NCBI GenBank assembly: GCA_000004695.1
Contig: CM000154.2
Location: 3,936,001 to 4,000,000 of the forward strand
Direction of reading: 5' to 3'
From: Dictyostelium discoideum
Taxonomy: Eukaryota
Length of the DNA: 64,000 nt
The notes below the pieces were generated by a model. It made no database searches, was not told the origin of the DNA, and was given only the letters and a program-made list of their open reading frames with translations. Each line of letters begins with the position of its first letter. The first letter of the stretch is position 1. Shown in pieces: positions 14,758-29,682 of the stretch. Position numbers and translations under genes: made by a program.

Positions 14758-15555
14758 ATTTTGTCATAAAGGGTAATGTTTCTTAAATCAAAATAAAAAG
14801 ACATAAATAAAGAATTGTTGAAAAGCTTTGTTTTTTTTTTTTTTCAAATTTTAAATAAATCTATTAAAAAAGTTTGGTATATTTGTGTGTGTTAGTGGTT
14901 TTTTTTTATTTTTTTTATTTTTATTTTTATTTTTCTATTAAATTATTATTATTTATTATTTATTATTTTAAAATTTTCGTAAATTTAATTTTTATCTAAT
15001 GCAGTTAAAATTATTTAAACCAAACAAATTCAAATTAAAAAAAAAAAATAAAAAAAAAAACATGACCTTTTTTTTTTTTTAAAATATTATTTTCAGTATT
15101 AAACATTACATTTTACCCTTCCCAATTTTTAATTGTTTTTTTTTTCCAAAATTGGATATTATTTTTATAATTTTGTATTTTGGCACTATTGTTTTTTGAA
15201 AAATATCTTTAAAATCATTTTTTTAGGTACAAAAACATTAAACCCCATACAAAATTCAAACAAAAATAAAAAAAAAAAAAAAATAATAAACAGTGTTATT
15301 TTTGTTTTTTTTATACCCCCCACCTTAGTTTATTTGATTTTATTATAATGGTAATAAAATTTTGAATAATTGGTATTAATAACAAAATTCTTTTTTTTTT
15401 TTTTTTAACCGTTATTTGTAAATAACCAAAAAAAGTTAGTATTTTTTATTGACTAATAAAAAAAAAAAAATACATATATTCCTTTTGCTTAAATAAAAAA
15501 GATTTAAGTTCAAAAAAAAAAAAAAATAATACTATTAAATAAATTTTTTAAAAGG

Positions 15556-15598
<43 letters not shown>

Positions 15599-15984
15599 CA
15601 CAAGTTAAATACCATATCTACAAGTAATTTTATACTCTTTATTTTAATAGGTCTTTTCTATGAAAGTATTTTTTTTTATTATTTTTTTTTATTAATTATA
15701 AAAGATGAAATATCCACAATATATATTTTGGAATTGAGACAAAGGAAAATTATAAGAATTTATAATAATAAACTTAAATAGAAATAATAAATCTATATAA
15801 AATATTACCAAATTTAACAATTTTCAAACTAAATAAAAATAATAATGAAAATTTTAATTGTTTTCATTAATAATAAAATTAAAATAAAAATAAAAATTTA
15901 AAAATATATAATTAATAAACCTTTTATTTATAAAATCTTTAATTTATTTATTTATTTTTTTTTTTCTTTAAATTAAAATGGGGA

Positions 15985-16018
15985 GTTGGTTGAGGAATAC
16001 CATTATGCCTCAACCAAC
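15985..16018. other. Perfect 11-bp inverted repeat (GTTGGTTGAGG / CCTCAACCAAC) with a 12-nt loop, forming a hairpin about 400 bp upstream of the BolA gene.
   Basis: Read directly from the sequence. The local region 15980-16130 is also richer in GC than the flanking intergenic DNA. Confidence 0.3.
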
Positions 16019-16374
16019 AAATTTTGTTTTTTTGCGGTTGCTAATAATCAAAGTATGGATACGTCTTGCACTAAATAAAGTGATTGCGACTATCCATTTG
16101 GATTTGGTTTTTGTTTTAAAAAAAAATAATACTTTTTTTTTTGTGTTTCTGAAGTTTAAATTTATAATAGTTTTTTGATAAATAATGGTCAATTTCACCC
16201 ACATTATTATGGGACAGCGATTCTTAAATTTTTTCCAATTTTCTTAAATTTATTTTCCCACTTTTTTTTTTTTTTTATTTTTTTTCTTAAAAAACAATCA
16301 CAATAAATTAAAAAGTTTATGTAAAAAAAAAAAAACTTTTTCGCATAAAATTATTATAAACATTTGGTGTATTT

Positions 16375-16409
<35 letters not shown>

Positions 16410-16410
<1 letters not shown>

Positions 16411-16510
16411 TGTTTTTTTTTAAAAACACTTTTTATGCAATGATTAGGAATTTAATAAATGGTCAATTATTTAAAACATCGATAGAAACTGTTAAAGTTA
16501 GATATTTTGT

Positions 16511-16545
<35 letters not shown>

Positions 16546-16895
16546 GTGGTGGTGAACCAATAAAGAATACAATAATTGAAAAATTAAGCAACCAATTTAA
16601 ACCAATTCATTTAGATGTTGTGAATGAAAGTTATATGCATTCAGTACCTCGTGGATCTGAAACTCATTTCAAAGTTATAATAGTATCTGATATATTCAAT
16701 GGTAAATCAGTTGTAGCTCAACATAGATTAATTAATGATACCCTCAAAAATGAAATGAAAAATGGTGTTCATGCACTATCAATTCATTGTTCAACACCTG
16801 ATAAATGGGATGAATCCACCATTTCACCTTCACCAGGTTGCATGGGTGGAAGTAAAAAAGAAAAACAACAAAAACAACAAAAAGATGAAAAATAA
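16410..16895 (+). CDS. BolA-family protein, probably mitochondrial.
   Basis: BolA signature HLDVVNESYMH...GSETHFKVIIVSDIFNGKSVVAQHRLINDTL...HALSI. The N-terminus resembles a targeting presequence. A poly-N insert lies before the domain. Confidence 0.8.
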
Positions 16896-17074
16896 TAAAA
16901 AAAAATAAAAAAAAAATAAAAAAAAAAATATGAGGTTGTTATATATTTTTTTTTACTTATTTTAATGATAATTGAATAAATCTGACCATTGTATATAAAA
17001 ATATTTTATTAACAATAATAAGTGTTTTTTTATTTATTTTTTATTTTTTTATTTTTATTTTTATTTTTATTTTC

Positions 17075-17110
<36 letters not shown>

Positions 17111-17116
<6 letters not shown>

Positions 17117-18207
17117 AAAAGATCTTTCAAATTTAATTGAACTACAATTAATTTTAACGATATCAGTTAAAAAAGAAAAGATAAAACTATGATAGATTTC
17201 TTTTGGAAGTAATGAAATATCTTTGAAAATCCAATGATGATTTGAATTATTATGGATATATTTAAATACTTGTAATGAACCATGAAGAGAAGCATAATAA
17301 AGTACCCATCTTGCTCTTTGAGGATCTTTAGTTGATAAAAAAGTTTCAATTGATTTTAAATCTGTTCTAAAACAAATTTCATTTATAATTGCGTGTTCAT
17401 TTGTAATTTCTGATAAATCTAATAAACCACTATCACCATCACCATTACCACCATCACCACTAATATTTTCATAATAGTTAAATAGAATTAGTTGATTTAA
17501 TCTACCTTCTTTTAAATAATATTTTAATTTTAATGGATCATTTATAATTCTTAAACATTTTTCTCTTTCATTCTTATCTAAATTATTAATATCCTTAATA
17601 TCATTATTAGTTGTTGTTGTTGTATCTGGATTATAATGATTTGAATGATAATTATTATAAGAATTAATATTTATTGAATGATCAATGTAATAGGTTATTA
17701 ATTTCTCTTTGAAATCAGTGATATTTTCAATTACGAAATCAATTGTATCATTATAAAAAATTGAATAACCAAGTTTAAATACTGATAATGATTTTTGATA
17801 TTCTAATGGATACATTGATTTAAAGTAACCCAACATTTCAATATTATTATTAAAAAAATTACTATAATTAATAATAATGAAATATTTTATACTAATAAGG
17901 TAATCTAGCATTTGAGGTGACTTTGGGGAAGAATCTTGAGGTGGGGTTAAATGAAATTTTTTAAAATTTTGAAATAATATATCCATCAATTCTTTATTTA
18001 CATCATAATTAATAAATTCATTCCAAATTGAATTTAATGTTAAACTAATTTGAAATGAATCTTCACTACCACCATCATTTAAAACTAGATTTCTATAATT
18101 ATTTAAAATATCATTTAAAACTTTAATTTTTTTATTTAAATTTATATTTGAATTTAAAAATATTAATGATCTTTCATCCATTGAAATTATAAATTTTGGA
18201 TATTGGA

Positions 18208-18250
<43 letters not shown>

Positions 18251-19504
18251 TTGTTTTTTTATCATAGCTAAATAATAAACATATATTAAAAAACTTCTTG
18301 AATTATTTAAAAATGGTAAAATCATTTTAAATAAATTTGAAATCATTTCTGTTGTTGTTGATTCCCAATTTATTTCAATTTGACCAATAAACTTACCTAA
18401 TAGTTCAAATTCTTCAAATTTCTTTTTATAATCTTGTAATTGATCAGTTGATAATGAAAAATAATCTTCAGTTAAAAATTCATTTGAAACTTTATCAGGT
18501 ATCATATAACCTGAAAATGGGATTTTATATTTTTCAATTAATTTTTTCTTATTATTTAATTGATTTTTTGAAAAGCCGAGATATGAAATTGAAAAACATG
18601 AATTTAATAAATCATTTAATTTCAAATCAGTAAACGAATGATTGAGTTTAAAATCAGTAACTGATTTTATTATTTTTGAACTTGGAGGTTGTAATTTTAA
18701 TTTATTAATTAAAAAATCAATTTTTGGATTAACTGAACAAGTTATAATTTTATTACTATTATTATTTTCATTTATTTCAATTGATACAGTATCAATATGA
18801 AATAATATTGATTTCCAAATTTTATCAATATTTGATTTATTAATTATAATTTGGTTTGATGATATTAAATAAAGTGATATATTAAATGATCCTTGATTAA
18901 TTGAATAGATGAAATCATCATCAGTTGGTTTATATAATCCATAATCTTCAACAATTATTGAATATGCAACATGATTATCATAATCAATCAATCTATCCAT
19001 AAATAGTTGTTTTTGATCTTTTGTTTGAATTTCTTTTTCTTTTTCTTTTTTATTATTGTTGTTGTTGTTGTTGTTGCTTGATAGTAAAATGAATTCACTA
19101 TCAATACATTCATATTTATTTAATAGTAATTCATTTATAAAATAATTATAATAATTCTTAAATAATGATCTATAGAATGATTTATCTGATTTTAAAGGTT
19201 CATCAACATTAAATATTGAATAAACAATAAGTTTTGAACTTTTAAAACATTGATAATAATAATGAAAGAATGATAATCCTTCTTCACCTTTTTCAATTTT
19301 TTCTTTTAATAAGGAGTAATATTTATATTTAATCATCCATTTAACACTTTTAATTTCATAATATCCATAATATCCAAATCTAAAGTGTACTCTTAAAAAT
19401 GATGTTATACGTTTAAATAAAAATATATTTTTAATTACTTTCCAAAATAATATTTCATTTTTTTCTTCATTATTTGATTTATTATTAATATTGTTTTGTA
19501 TCAT
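17111..19504 (-). CDS. Lineage-specific protein of unknown function, tandem paralogue A. Probable start at the MIQNNINN Met (19504). The poly-F extension of the ORF is a poly-A tract artefact.
   Basis: Long minus-strand ORF. It shares colinear motifs with the adjacent ORF 19755..22028: N-terminal EI(I/L)FWKVI(R/K)NI(Y/F)LFK, WKSI, ISNL(L/F)KMI(I/L)PF, CFR(T/R)DLK(S/A)I and a C-terminal HxWIF. Confidence 0.6.
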
Positions 19505-19544
19505 TTTTAAAAAGTAAATGAATAATCTGGTAAAATAAAAAAAA

Positions 19545-19575
<31 letters not shown>

Positions 19576-19754
19576 CCACTCACCAACTGATTAAATTTAT
19601 TTCAAAAAAAAAAAAAAAAAAAAAAAAATAAATTAAAAAAAAAAAAGATATTTCTTTGAAGATATTTTTTGTAAAAATTTTATTTGAAACTGAATCTTTT
19701 TTTAGATTATTATTTTTTTTATTTTTATTTTAACTTTTTTTTTTTTTATTTTTT

Positions 19755-21300
19755 TTAATAAATATATTTAATAAATCTTATATTATCACATTTAACATTT
19801 GAATTTAATAAAAAATTAAAAATATTTGAATGTTGAATTTCATCAGGGAAAACTTTTTCATTAAATATCCATTTATGTTTTGGATTGTTGAAAATAAATT
19901 TAAATATTTCAATTGCACCACAACCAGAAGCATATAATAAAACTTTTGAAATTAATGGAATACTTTTAGTTAATAATAATTTATCAATTGCTTTTAAATC
20001 ACGTCTAAAACATAATTCTTTAACTAGTATACCTCTATCACTTGAAATATCAATTGTATCATCGAAATAGTATTTAAAAATGACAGTACCTCTTTCTCGG
20101 AAAAAGCATCTTAACTTTTCAGGATCTTGAACCACTTTTAAAATTAATTCATCATCTAATCGATCTCTATTATAAAATCTTAATGAACTACCATTATCTT
20201 TTAAATGCTCAATTAATTTCCCTCTAAATTGGTCATAGTTATCAATTAGGAATTGAATTTTATCATTTTCATAATAACCATAAATGATTGTATAATCAAT
20301 TAAAGATTTTTCATAATTTATTGGATACTTTTCCTTGAAATGACGTAATAAACTGATTGAATAAAATAATCTATTGAAATTAATAGTTTCTTGATTCTTT
20401 TTTGAATATAAATAGTCAAACATTTCAATTGATTTAACTTTATGAAAGAAATATATATCAAACCAAGAATTGATAAAACTTGAATTAATTTTCATAAATT
20501 TCATTGATAAAATCTCTAATAATTCCGTATGAGAATCAAAATGAATGAAATCCTCCCAATAATCATATAAAATATCGAAATTATTGATTTTCTTTTCATT
20601 ATTTTTTAACATATTATTTAAAATACAAATTTGTTTATTTAAAAACTTTTTTGATTTTATACTAAATATTAATAATCTCTCTTCTCTACTAATTATAAAT
20701 TTACAATATTCTAAATTATTATTATTATCAATTATTGAATTTTCATTTTTATTTTTAATTTTAAAAATTACTAAATAATATAAATAATTTAAAAAATTAA
20801 ATGAATAGCCTGTAAATGGTATTATCATTTTTAATAAATTTGAAATCATTTCATTAACAATATTTTTATCATTATCATCATCATCTGTTAAATCAATAAT
20901 ATCATTTACATTATTTGATAATATATTTAATTCTTGAAATTTCTTTTTATAGATTTCAAGTTGTGATAATGGTATTGAATAATATTCTTCATTTAAATAT
21001 TGAGTTACTGCTATATCAGTTGCCATGTAACCATTTATAGTTGAAACACCACTTTTTGAAAATTGATTTTTAATTTTTTCCCAATAATCAATTTTAAAAT
21101 TTAAATAATAAATTGTAAAACATGAATCTAATAAAGTTTTTAAACTTGATTTACCAACTTGATAATTAATTTGATATTCTATTGATTTAAATAATTTTAA
21201 AGGTATTTCAATTTTAGCCTTATTTATTAAATAATCAATTTTCAAATCAATACTATTATCTATAATTTTAATAATATTATTTTTAATATTGTTATTACTA

Positions 21301-21332
<32 letters not shown>

Positions 21333-22028
21333 TTTATCATAAGATTCATTAATTATTGATTTCCAAATTTTTTCATTATTTGATTTATTTATTTTAACTT
21401 TTTCTTCATTACCACCATTTGAAAAAATTAAATAATTTGAAATTTCAAAAGAGTAATTATTAATTGAGGTTATTAAATCATCATCAGTTGGTATATGTAA
21501 TTTAAATTCATCAATTATTATGGAATATGCAATTAAATTTTCAAATTTAATTAATCTATCTAAAAATGATCTTTTTTGTTCAATTCTTTCATTTTTAATT
21601 TGTTTTTTTTTAATTTTCTTTATTTCAAATTTATTATTATTATTGTTGTTATTATCAATAGAATCATAATTTCCTAATAACTGTTCTTCAATAAAATAAT
21701 TATAATAATTTTTAAATAAATCTTTATAGAATTGATAATCTGATTTTAATGGTTCATTCAATTGAAATATTGAATCGTGATTATTATTATTTGTATTTCT
21801 GTCTGTATAATATGAACATTTAAAAAATGCTAAATCTTGATCATTTCTTTGTACTTTATCTTTTAATAATAATAAATATTTATTATGTATCATCCATTTT
21901 ACATCTTTAATTTCATCATATCCATATTTTTCATATCTAAATTCTGATTTTAAAAATGATAATATTTTTTTAAATAAATAAATATTTCTAATAACTTTCC
22001 AAAATATTATTTCATCATTATTATTCAT
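19755..22028 (-). CDS. Lineage-specific protein of unknown function, tandem paralogue B, same family as 17111..19504.
   Basis: 757-aa ORF, colinear and about 35-40% identical by eye to the downstream neighbour. Same strand, separated by about 250 bp. Confidence 0.65.
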
Positions 22029-22144
22029 TTTTTATATTTTTTTTTTAAAAAGAAAAAAAAAAAAGAAAAAGAAAAAAACATAACAAAAAAAAAAAAAAAA
22101 AACAAAAACAAAATCATAAAAAAAAGAAAAAAACTCAAAACCAT

Positions 22145-22195
<51 letters not shown>

Positions 22196-22301
22196 AGATA
22201 TTTTAAAATTTTAAAATTCTTTGAAAAGAAATAACTGATAAGATATTTATGGTTTTTAGTTTTCAATAAGAAAAAATTAATTTTATTATTGTTTTATTAT
22301 T

Positions 22302-22332
<31 letters not shown>

Positions 22333-22339
22333 TTTTTGA

Positions 22340-25300
22340 TTATTGATTAAAAGATTTTAATAAAATTGGAATACCATAACAAATACAACTGCCACCAACT
22401 AAATATTTCCAATCACAAGATTTACGAGCGAATGAAATTGCTAAACTAATATCAATTGTTAATGGTTTTGTAGCATTTGTTTTTAAATCGAAAAACCATT
22501 TGTTTAAGAAAGATTTGGTTAAACGATCACAATCCGAGGTTGGAACATCATAGATATTACCAATGACAGTTTTACTACCAGCCAAAAGGAAATCGAGTAT
22601 AACACCAGTTGGTTCAAATTCACCTTGTTCTTCAAGATGACCACTTTTACAACCCATTAAAACAGAAACACCACATTTTTCCAACTTTTGAATACGGTCA
22701 CCTCTAAAGTATTGTTCACCACTACCATGACCCATGTAAAAGAAAATATCATGATTCTCCAACGCTTGTTTATATTGATGTTTCGAGGGTACACTTCCAA
22801 CGAGTCCATCCCATTCTGGAAATTTCTTTTTAAAGTAAGGTGCAAAGTAATTCTCTGTCTCTTTCAAGCCACCACTTGGGTTCAAAAGATAATATAAACT
22901 CTTTGGATCAATAATTGGCATAACTTTACTAAATTGATTTGAAATTTGATCATAACAAAGATACCTCTGGAATGTGAATGATGGTAATCTATACAATGAC
23001 ATTTGATTCAATGGTGCCAACGATTCAAATGGTAAACAATGTAAAAACTTATCAACAATCAATACAATTGGTTGTCTCTCTTGATTTAAAAATAAATTTA
23101 AATTATTTTGTTTAATATTTGATGGTGTAGTTGGTGATATTGTTTGTAAAACTAATGGTACAACTGTTGAATTTTTACTACTACTATTTTCATTTACTGT
23201 TATCGCATTATTATTATTTACACTTGTTGTAGTTGTGGAAGGTGAACTATTATATTGTGGATAACATTTTGAAACTTCTGATGAAATTAAATTATAAATT
23301 TCAAGTATAGATTGAAAATTTGGATGACCTTCTAATGTTGCCGCAGTTTTATCTAAACTTGAATATTCCATTAATTCAATAATACCATCTGTTATTGCTC
23401 TTTGACTGAGAATTGGAAAACCATAAAATATACAATCAAATAAAATATTATCAAACTTTTTAATTATAGTTGCTGTTGTTCCTGTTGCATTAGTAGTACT
23501 GGTGGTTGATTGCACTGAAGAAGATGACCTCTTTATTGTGCTACTTGAATTATTATTATTATTATTACCGTTATTTTCAATAAATAATTGATTATTTAAA
23601 ATTTGCATTAATGAATCTTTTGTTTGATTATATTTATCTTTTGTAATTGGATTTGTTAATGAACCAATTAATAAAGTTTTCCAAGGACCTAAAATTGTAT
23701 CAACCATATCTAAAACTTTACTAATTTCAAATTCCAATGTCTTTCTTTTACAAAACCAAGCTTTCTTACTATCAGTAGTTTCATTTGGTGAATTTTCTTT
23801 ATTATTAAATAAATTTTCACTTTCAATGATTCTTATATTACCTCTAATTTTATCCATCATATTAAATTTAATATTATCTTCTCTATTACCAATTGAACTA
23901 CTACTTCTTCTTAATGAACTAATGTTATCTTCTCTATTACCAATCGAACTACTACTTCTTCTTTTAAATAAATTATTTTCATATTTTTCATTATCACTAT
24001 CATTATTATCATCACTACTATCATAATCACTATTATTTCTATTTGTATTTTGTTCATTATATTCTTCTTCTTCACCCTCTTCTAATTCCAATTCCATATC
24101 TTCTTCATCATCTTCTCTTTCATCATCAAAATTATAATAAGCATAATCTTCACTATCATCATCATTATTATTATTATTATCATCATCACCATCAGTTTCG
24201 GTATCATCAGAATTTTTATTAATATTTTTGAGGTTATTAATTTCTTCAATTAATGCTGTATTGAAAGCATTTGAAATGGTTGGTATTTTCGATCTAACTA
24301 AAATTGGTGATTGATTGGCAACCATTTTACAAATGATTAAATGATCATCTTCACATGTTAAACTACAAGTTGACCAATCAACTGGTAAATCAGTACTATA
24401 AATCTTTTTCAATTTATTTGAGAACGGAATATCACCTAATTGATTTGGTATTTCAATACCACCATTCCAAGAAAATAATGATTCTTTAACTTTTATAAAT
24501 TGATCCTTACTATTTGGTGTTATTGTTGTTGTTGGTGTTGTTGTAGTCTTCTTTTCAGATTTTTGATGATGTAAAATTGATTGCATATCATGTTTTGATT
24601 TAATACCAATTGAAAGATTAATGAAATGACAAGTTACAAAAGGTAATAATTGACCAGTTGTTAAAGCTAAATATTTACAACAAGAAGTGTTCAATTTGAT
24701 AATATTATATTTTCCAACTCTTTCAAATGAACTTAATAATAATTCTCTTGCTGATGAAATTGATGGATGAACTTTAAAATTATTGACACTAATAGTTCTT
24801 GACCAAATTTTATCCTTATAATCATCATCAACACTTAAATAATATGCTCTACCAAGATGAAACTCTAAAATTGATAATGTTATATCATGGCAATATCTAC
24901 CACTACCATTTTTACCACTACCACTACCATTAGTATTACCACTTGCACCATCCTTTGGTTGGTCAACTTGAATTAATTCTTCTAATGATTCAATTGCTAA
25001 ATCATATTTATTTTGTGCAATTAATAATTTTGCTAATTTACCTTTAATTCTTAATTCAAATGAAGATAAATGATTCTTAATTTCTTGAACACCTTTATCA
25101 TCTTTATCATTATTTTTTAATTTTTGCTGTTGTTGTTGTTGTTGTTGTTGTTGTTGCTTTGTTGCTGATATTGATTTTGAAGATAATAATTTAATTAATC
25201 TTGCTTCTTTTGGAGTTGAATCATTTGTAATATTTAAAAGGTTATTAAATTTAGTTAATAATTGATTTTCATCATTATAAAGGTTATTAATTAATGATAA

Positions 25301-25795
25301 GGATTTATTATAATGATCTGTTGATTTTGAAATTAATAATTGTTTACGATGTAAATCACCTAATAACATATTTGATAATATCATTGGTTTTTGAAGTGAT
25401 GGTTCAATAATTGATGATGATTGTTTATTTGCAGTTGAATGACGAGAAATTAAAAATAATACTAAATCTAAATTAATTTTACTATCAACATAATTTTGTT
25501 TTGAATAAAATAATTCACCAATTTCAGCCAAGAATTCACATGTAACCTTTATTGAACCATATATTATACCAATTAATAAACCACGTTCATAAAAATATTG
25601 AGCTTCTTTTGGTCTACCTCTAAGTTCAAATATACTTGAAATATGTAATAAAGAATCTAAACATATCTTTAATGATGCCCATTTACTTGTAGTTGTAACT
25701 GGTAACATACTAATTTCTTTTGTTGTTGTAGTTGTTGTTGAAATATTATCTTTTGTTGGCGTTGTTGTTGAACTATTATTACTACTGTTTACTCC

Positions 25796-25854
<59 letters not shown>

Positions 25855-28800
25855 GCTGTTGTTGTTTTAATTCTTTTTTTTGTTCTTTTAATAAATCTAA
25901 AGATTCCATTGGCATAGCAGTGAAAATACATTGAACTAATTTATCAGAGACAACAAAAGCCATTGCAGAATTTGTTTGAGAAACGTAAATGTTTGAGACT
26001 ATTTTTGAAATTTTCATAAATAATGAAATGTCAAAGCATTTATAATTAGTTTCAATTTGTTTTAAACATTGATCGTATAACTTTATAATTTCATTACAAA
26101 TTGAATCATTGGAAGAGTATAAACAATATTGTAATTCATAAAAATGAATTTGATAATGTAATTGAAACAAATCCAATTTCTCTTGTACTAAAATCGATTG
26201 ATAAGATTTAATCAATTGATCATTTAATTCTAAATAATGTTTTGATTGACTGGTATTATTCATTTCTAAGTAATTTGAACTTATTAAATTAAAACATTTT
26301 GAAATCTCTGTTAAATAACACAACGAACCATTACTAAATAAACATTTAACTAAACCAATCACTAACTTTAATGTAAATATTGAGCTGATGAAGTCACCTT
26401 CAAAACTATAAATATCGCTCATACTATACAATAATGAAATTGTTGTATGTGGTGATATAAATGATTTTAAATTATCTTTAATCCATTGTGGTTCGACAAC
26501 AATCGCTGAATTTGTAACTTGTTGTTGTTGTTGTTGTTCAGTTGGTGGTTTCTTTAATGATTCTAATAATTTACTCCAAAGATTTAAAGAAAGTTTAAAT
26601 TCTTTACTAATTATACTATTCTCTGAACCAATTGGTGATCTAAATCTATTTTGATCAGTTGATTTTATAAAATTACAAATTGAAGTAGTTGAACTATATC
26701 TAAATAATGATGTTGGAGTTGTTGTTGTTGTATCTGTATTATTATTACTATTGGTATCATTACCATTTGTTGATGTTAAATTTTGTTGTTTAATTCTTTC
26801 ATTTGATAAATAGTTTAATATATCTTTACATTGATTTTGATGAATTTCAACATGGGTGATTGCCCTCCAAAAATGAACTTTTGCCAATTCATTATAAATT
26901 GCAGATTCAAATGGTTTATCTTGTTCAAGATCTTGAGATTTAATGAGATCGATTGATTGTTGAAAAATGAATTCAATATCTTGTTTCATTGGATTCCAAA
27001 ATCTTAATACCTTTGCTTTCTCCATTAAGAATCTACCATGAAGTATTGGATGTTTATCACTGGTTAAACTATTTAAAATCTTATCGATTTGTACATACAA
27101 TAATTGATGACCATTTGATTCTGTAATAATATGATTAAAATTTAATAATGTCATATCAAATAATTGTATCTTAAATTCTAAATCACAATTATTACCAATA
27201 CTACTATTGTCAACTATATCATTTATAAATGAAATACCTGTAAATTTTGGTTGAATATATCCACCATCACTTCTTTTATTATTACTATTACTACTACTAC
27301 TGTTTCCATTACTTGATTGTTGTTGTTTATTAATTAAATTTTCATTAATTTCATTAAATAAATAAAGTTGAGTTAAAGCTAATTGTCTTAAAATCTCTTG
27401 AATTGAACGTCTACTTTTTGAAGAATTACCATTATGAATTACTTCAGTAAATGATTTCTTTTCTTTTAAAAATGCTTTAATTGATTCAACTGAAAATTGA
27501 TGAGCTTTTAAATAATTTTTTAATTTTAAATAAACTTGTGATAAATAAAAATAACTTGATGATAACGAATCATAATATTGTTCAATTTGAATATTATTAT
27601 TATTACTATTACTACTATTGCTATTTTTATTATTATTATTATTATTAAATTTACTTTGAATTAATTTGTTTAAAATAATTATTGAACTTTCTAAATAAAA
27701 TAAAGATGATTTATAATCATGTGGTACTGTAAGTTTAAAATAATGGGTACCAATATTATAAAAAAATGTTGATAAATCTTCTAAACCACTACTAGTGATA
27801 CCAGGTGTATTGCTACCAATGATCGAATACTCTAATGAGATGGTTAATAAATCCCTATTGATATCATTGAATTGTGATTTAAAATCTTGTGGTATTAAAC
27901 CTTGAAATCTTTTAAAATGTTCATATAATGAAAAAGTATAAGATTTTAAAAAGTCATCAATGTAAATCAAACTTGATGGTTGCATTTGATTCGATGCTAA
28001 CAATACACCATTTTGATTGAAAGCTTGTATCCATTTGATAATTAATGATGGCATTAATAAATAATATTGGTTGAATAATTGAATTTGTGAATTCAATTCA
28101 TTTCTGTATAATTTCTCTTTATGTTTTGAAACTATACCAATTTCAATTAAATTTTGTAATAATAATCCTAACAATTTAAAATATATGAATTTACTATCAA
28201 CTCCTTGTTGTATTTGTGAATTATCAACATAAAATTCTGTATTCATTAATGCTTTCTCTGTTAGTTGATGAATTGAAATTAATAATCTATTCAATTCTTT
28301 TTCAATATCTGTCATTTCACAATTATTATTAATATTATTATTATTACTATTATTATTATTATTAATATTATTATTATTATTATTAAACTTAATTCTATTT
28401 GATAATGTTATAGCTCTAGTTGTCCAACAATATAATTGTGTTATTACTAATTCTGTTGAATAATATTTTATAATATCTTTATTCTCTTTTTTCTTTTTAA
28501 TATATTCACTTGTTATTTCATTAATTTCATTTAATAAATTTAAATTTTTCTTTTTTTTTTTTTTATTATTTAATAAAATAAAAATTAATACTTTGTTATA
28601 ATAATATTTAAATAAAAAAAGAATAAAAAAAAAATACATACAGAGTCATTTGCCCAAATTGAAATAATTGAAAAAGAAGCAATAAAAATTGGATCAATTG
28701 AAATTTGTGGTAACATATATGGTAATAAATTTATTTTTATAATATTAATAATATCTTGAATTAATCTCCAACAATTTGTTTCTGTAAAAAAAAAAAAAAA

Positions 28801-29009
28801 AAAAAAAAAAATGTTAATAATTAAATTTTTAAAAATATACTATATAAAAATCATACCTAATTGATAATTCTTTTTTTGAATTGCTAATAAAAAAGTTAAA
28901 AGTCTATCAAAGAATTTTGAAGGATTATTTATTTTTGAAAGTGATTTCCATGCAATAAAATTACAATGATACATTATTGTATTATCAAATTCACTATTAC
29001 CATTACCAC

Positions 29010-29074
<65 letters not shown>

Positions 29075-29651
29075 TTTTGAAGTATATAAACTGATCTATT
29101 ATAAAATTTAATAAATAAAGCTTCATGATAAATATTTGGTTTATCAGCAACTTGAAATCTATAATTGAACCAATTATTATAAGTTTCAATGAAATTTTTA
29201 TCGAAATCAGATGAAGAAGAATTATTATTATTATTATTATTATTATTTTGATAATGGTATTGTAATACTTTTAAATCTTCAAAACATTGAAGTTTTATAA
29301 AGGTTGCATGAATTAAAGTTTTTTCGAAATAATCATTCTCATTCTCTGTATAGGTTTTTTGAACATCTGGTAAGAGTTGAAGGAATTCTGACATTGATTC
29401 AATTGCTTTAATCAATTGTTTTTGTTCTGCATATACACCACCAATTAATAACCATTTCTTATGTAATGAACATAAATTACAAGTTATACTCCATTGTGAT
29501 AATTTTCGAAGTAATAATAATGCTGACTCTATAACAATTGATAATCCATCTTTATATTGCATTGTTTTCTTTGTAAATAATTCATTTAAAACTTTTGTGA
29601 TTCTATCTAAATTTAAATTTAATGTTTTTGCGTCTCTATTTAAATATTTGA

Positions 29652-29682
<31 letters not shown>

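Noticed and set aside
28493-28639. The N-terminal MYFFFILFLFKYYYNK...KKKKKK stretch of ORF 22340..28639.
   Set aside because: It reads through an AT-rich intron. Frame analysis places a GTATGT donor at 28641 in a different frame and an acceptor near 28493.
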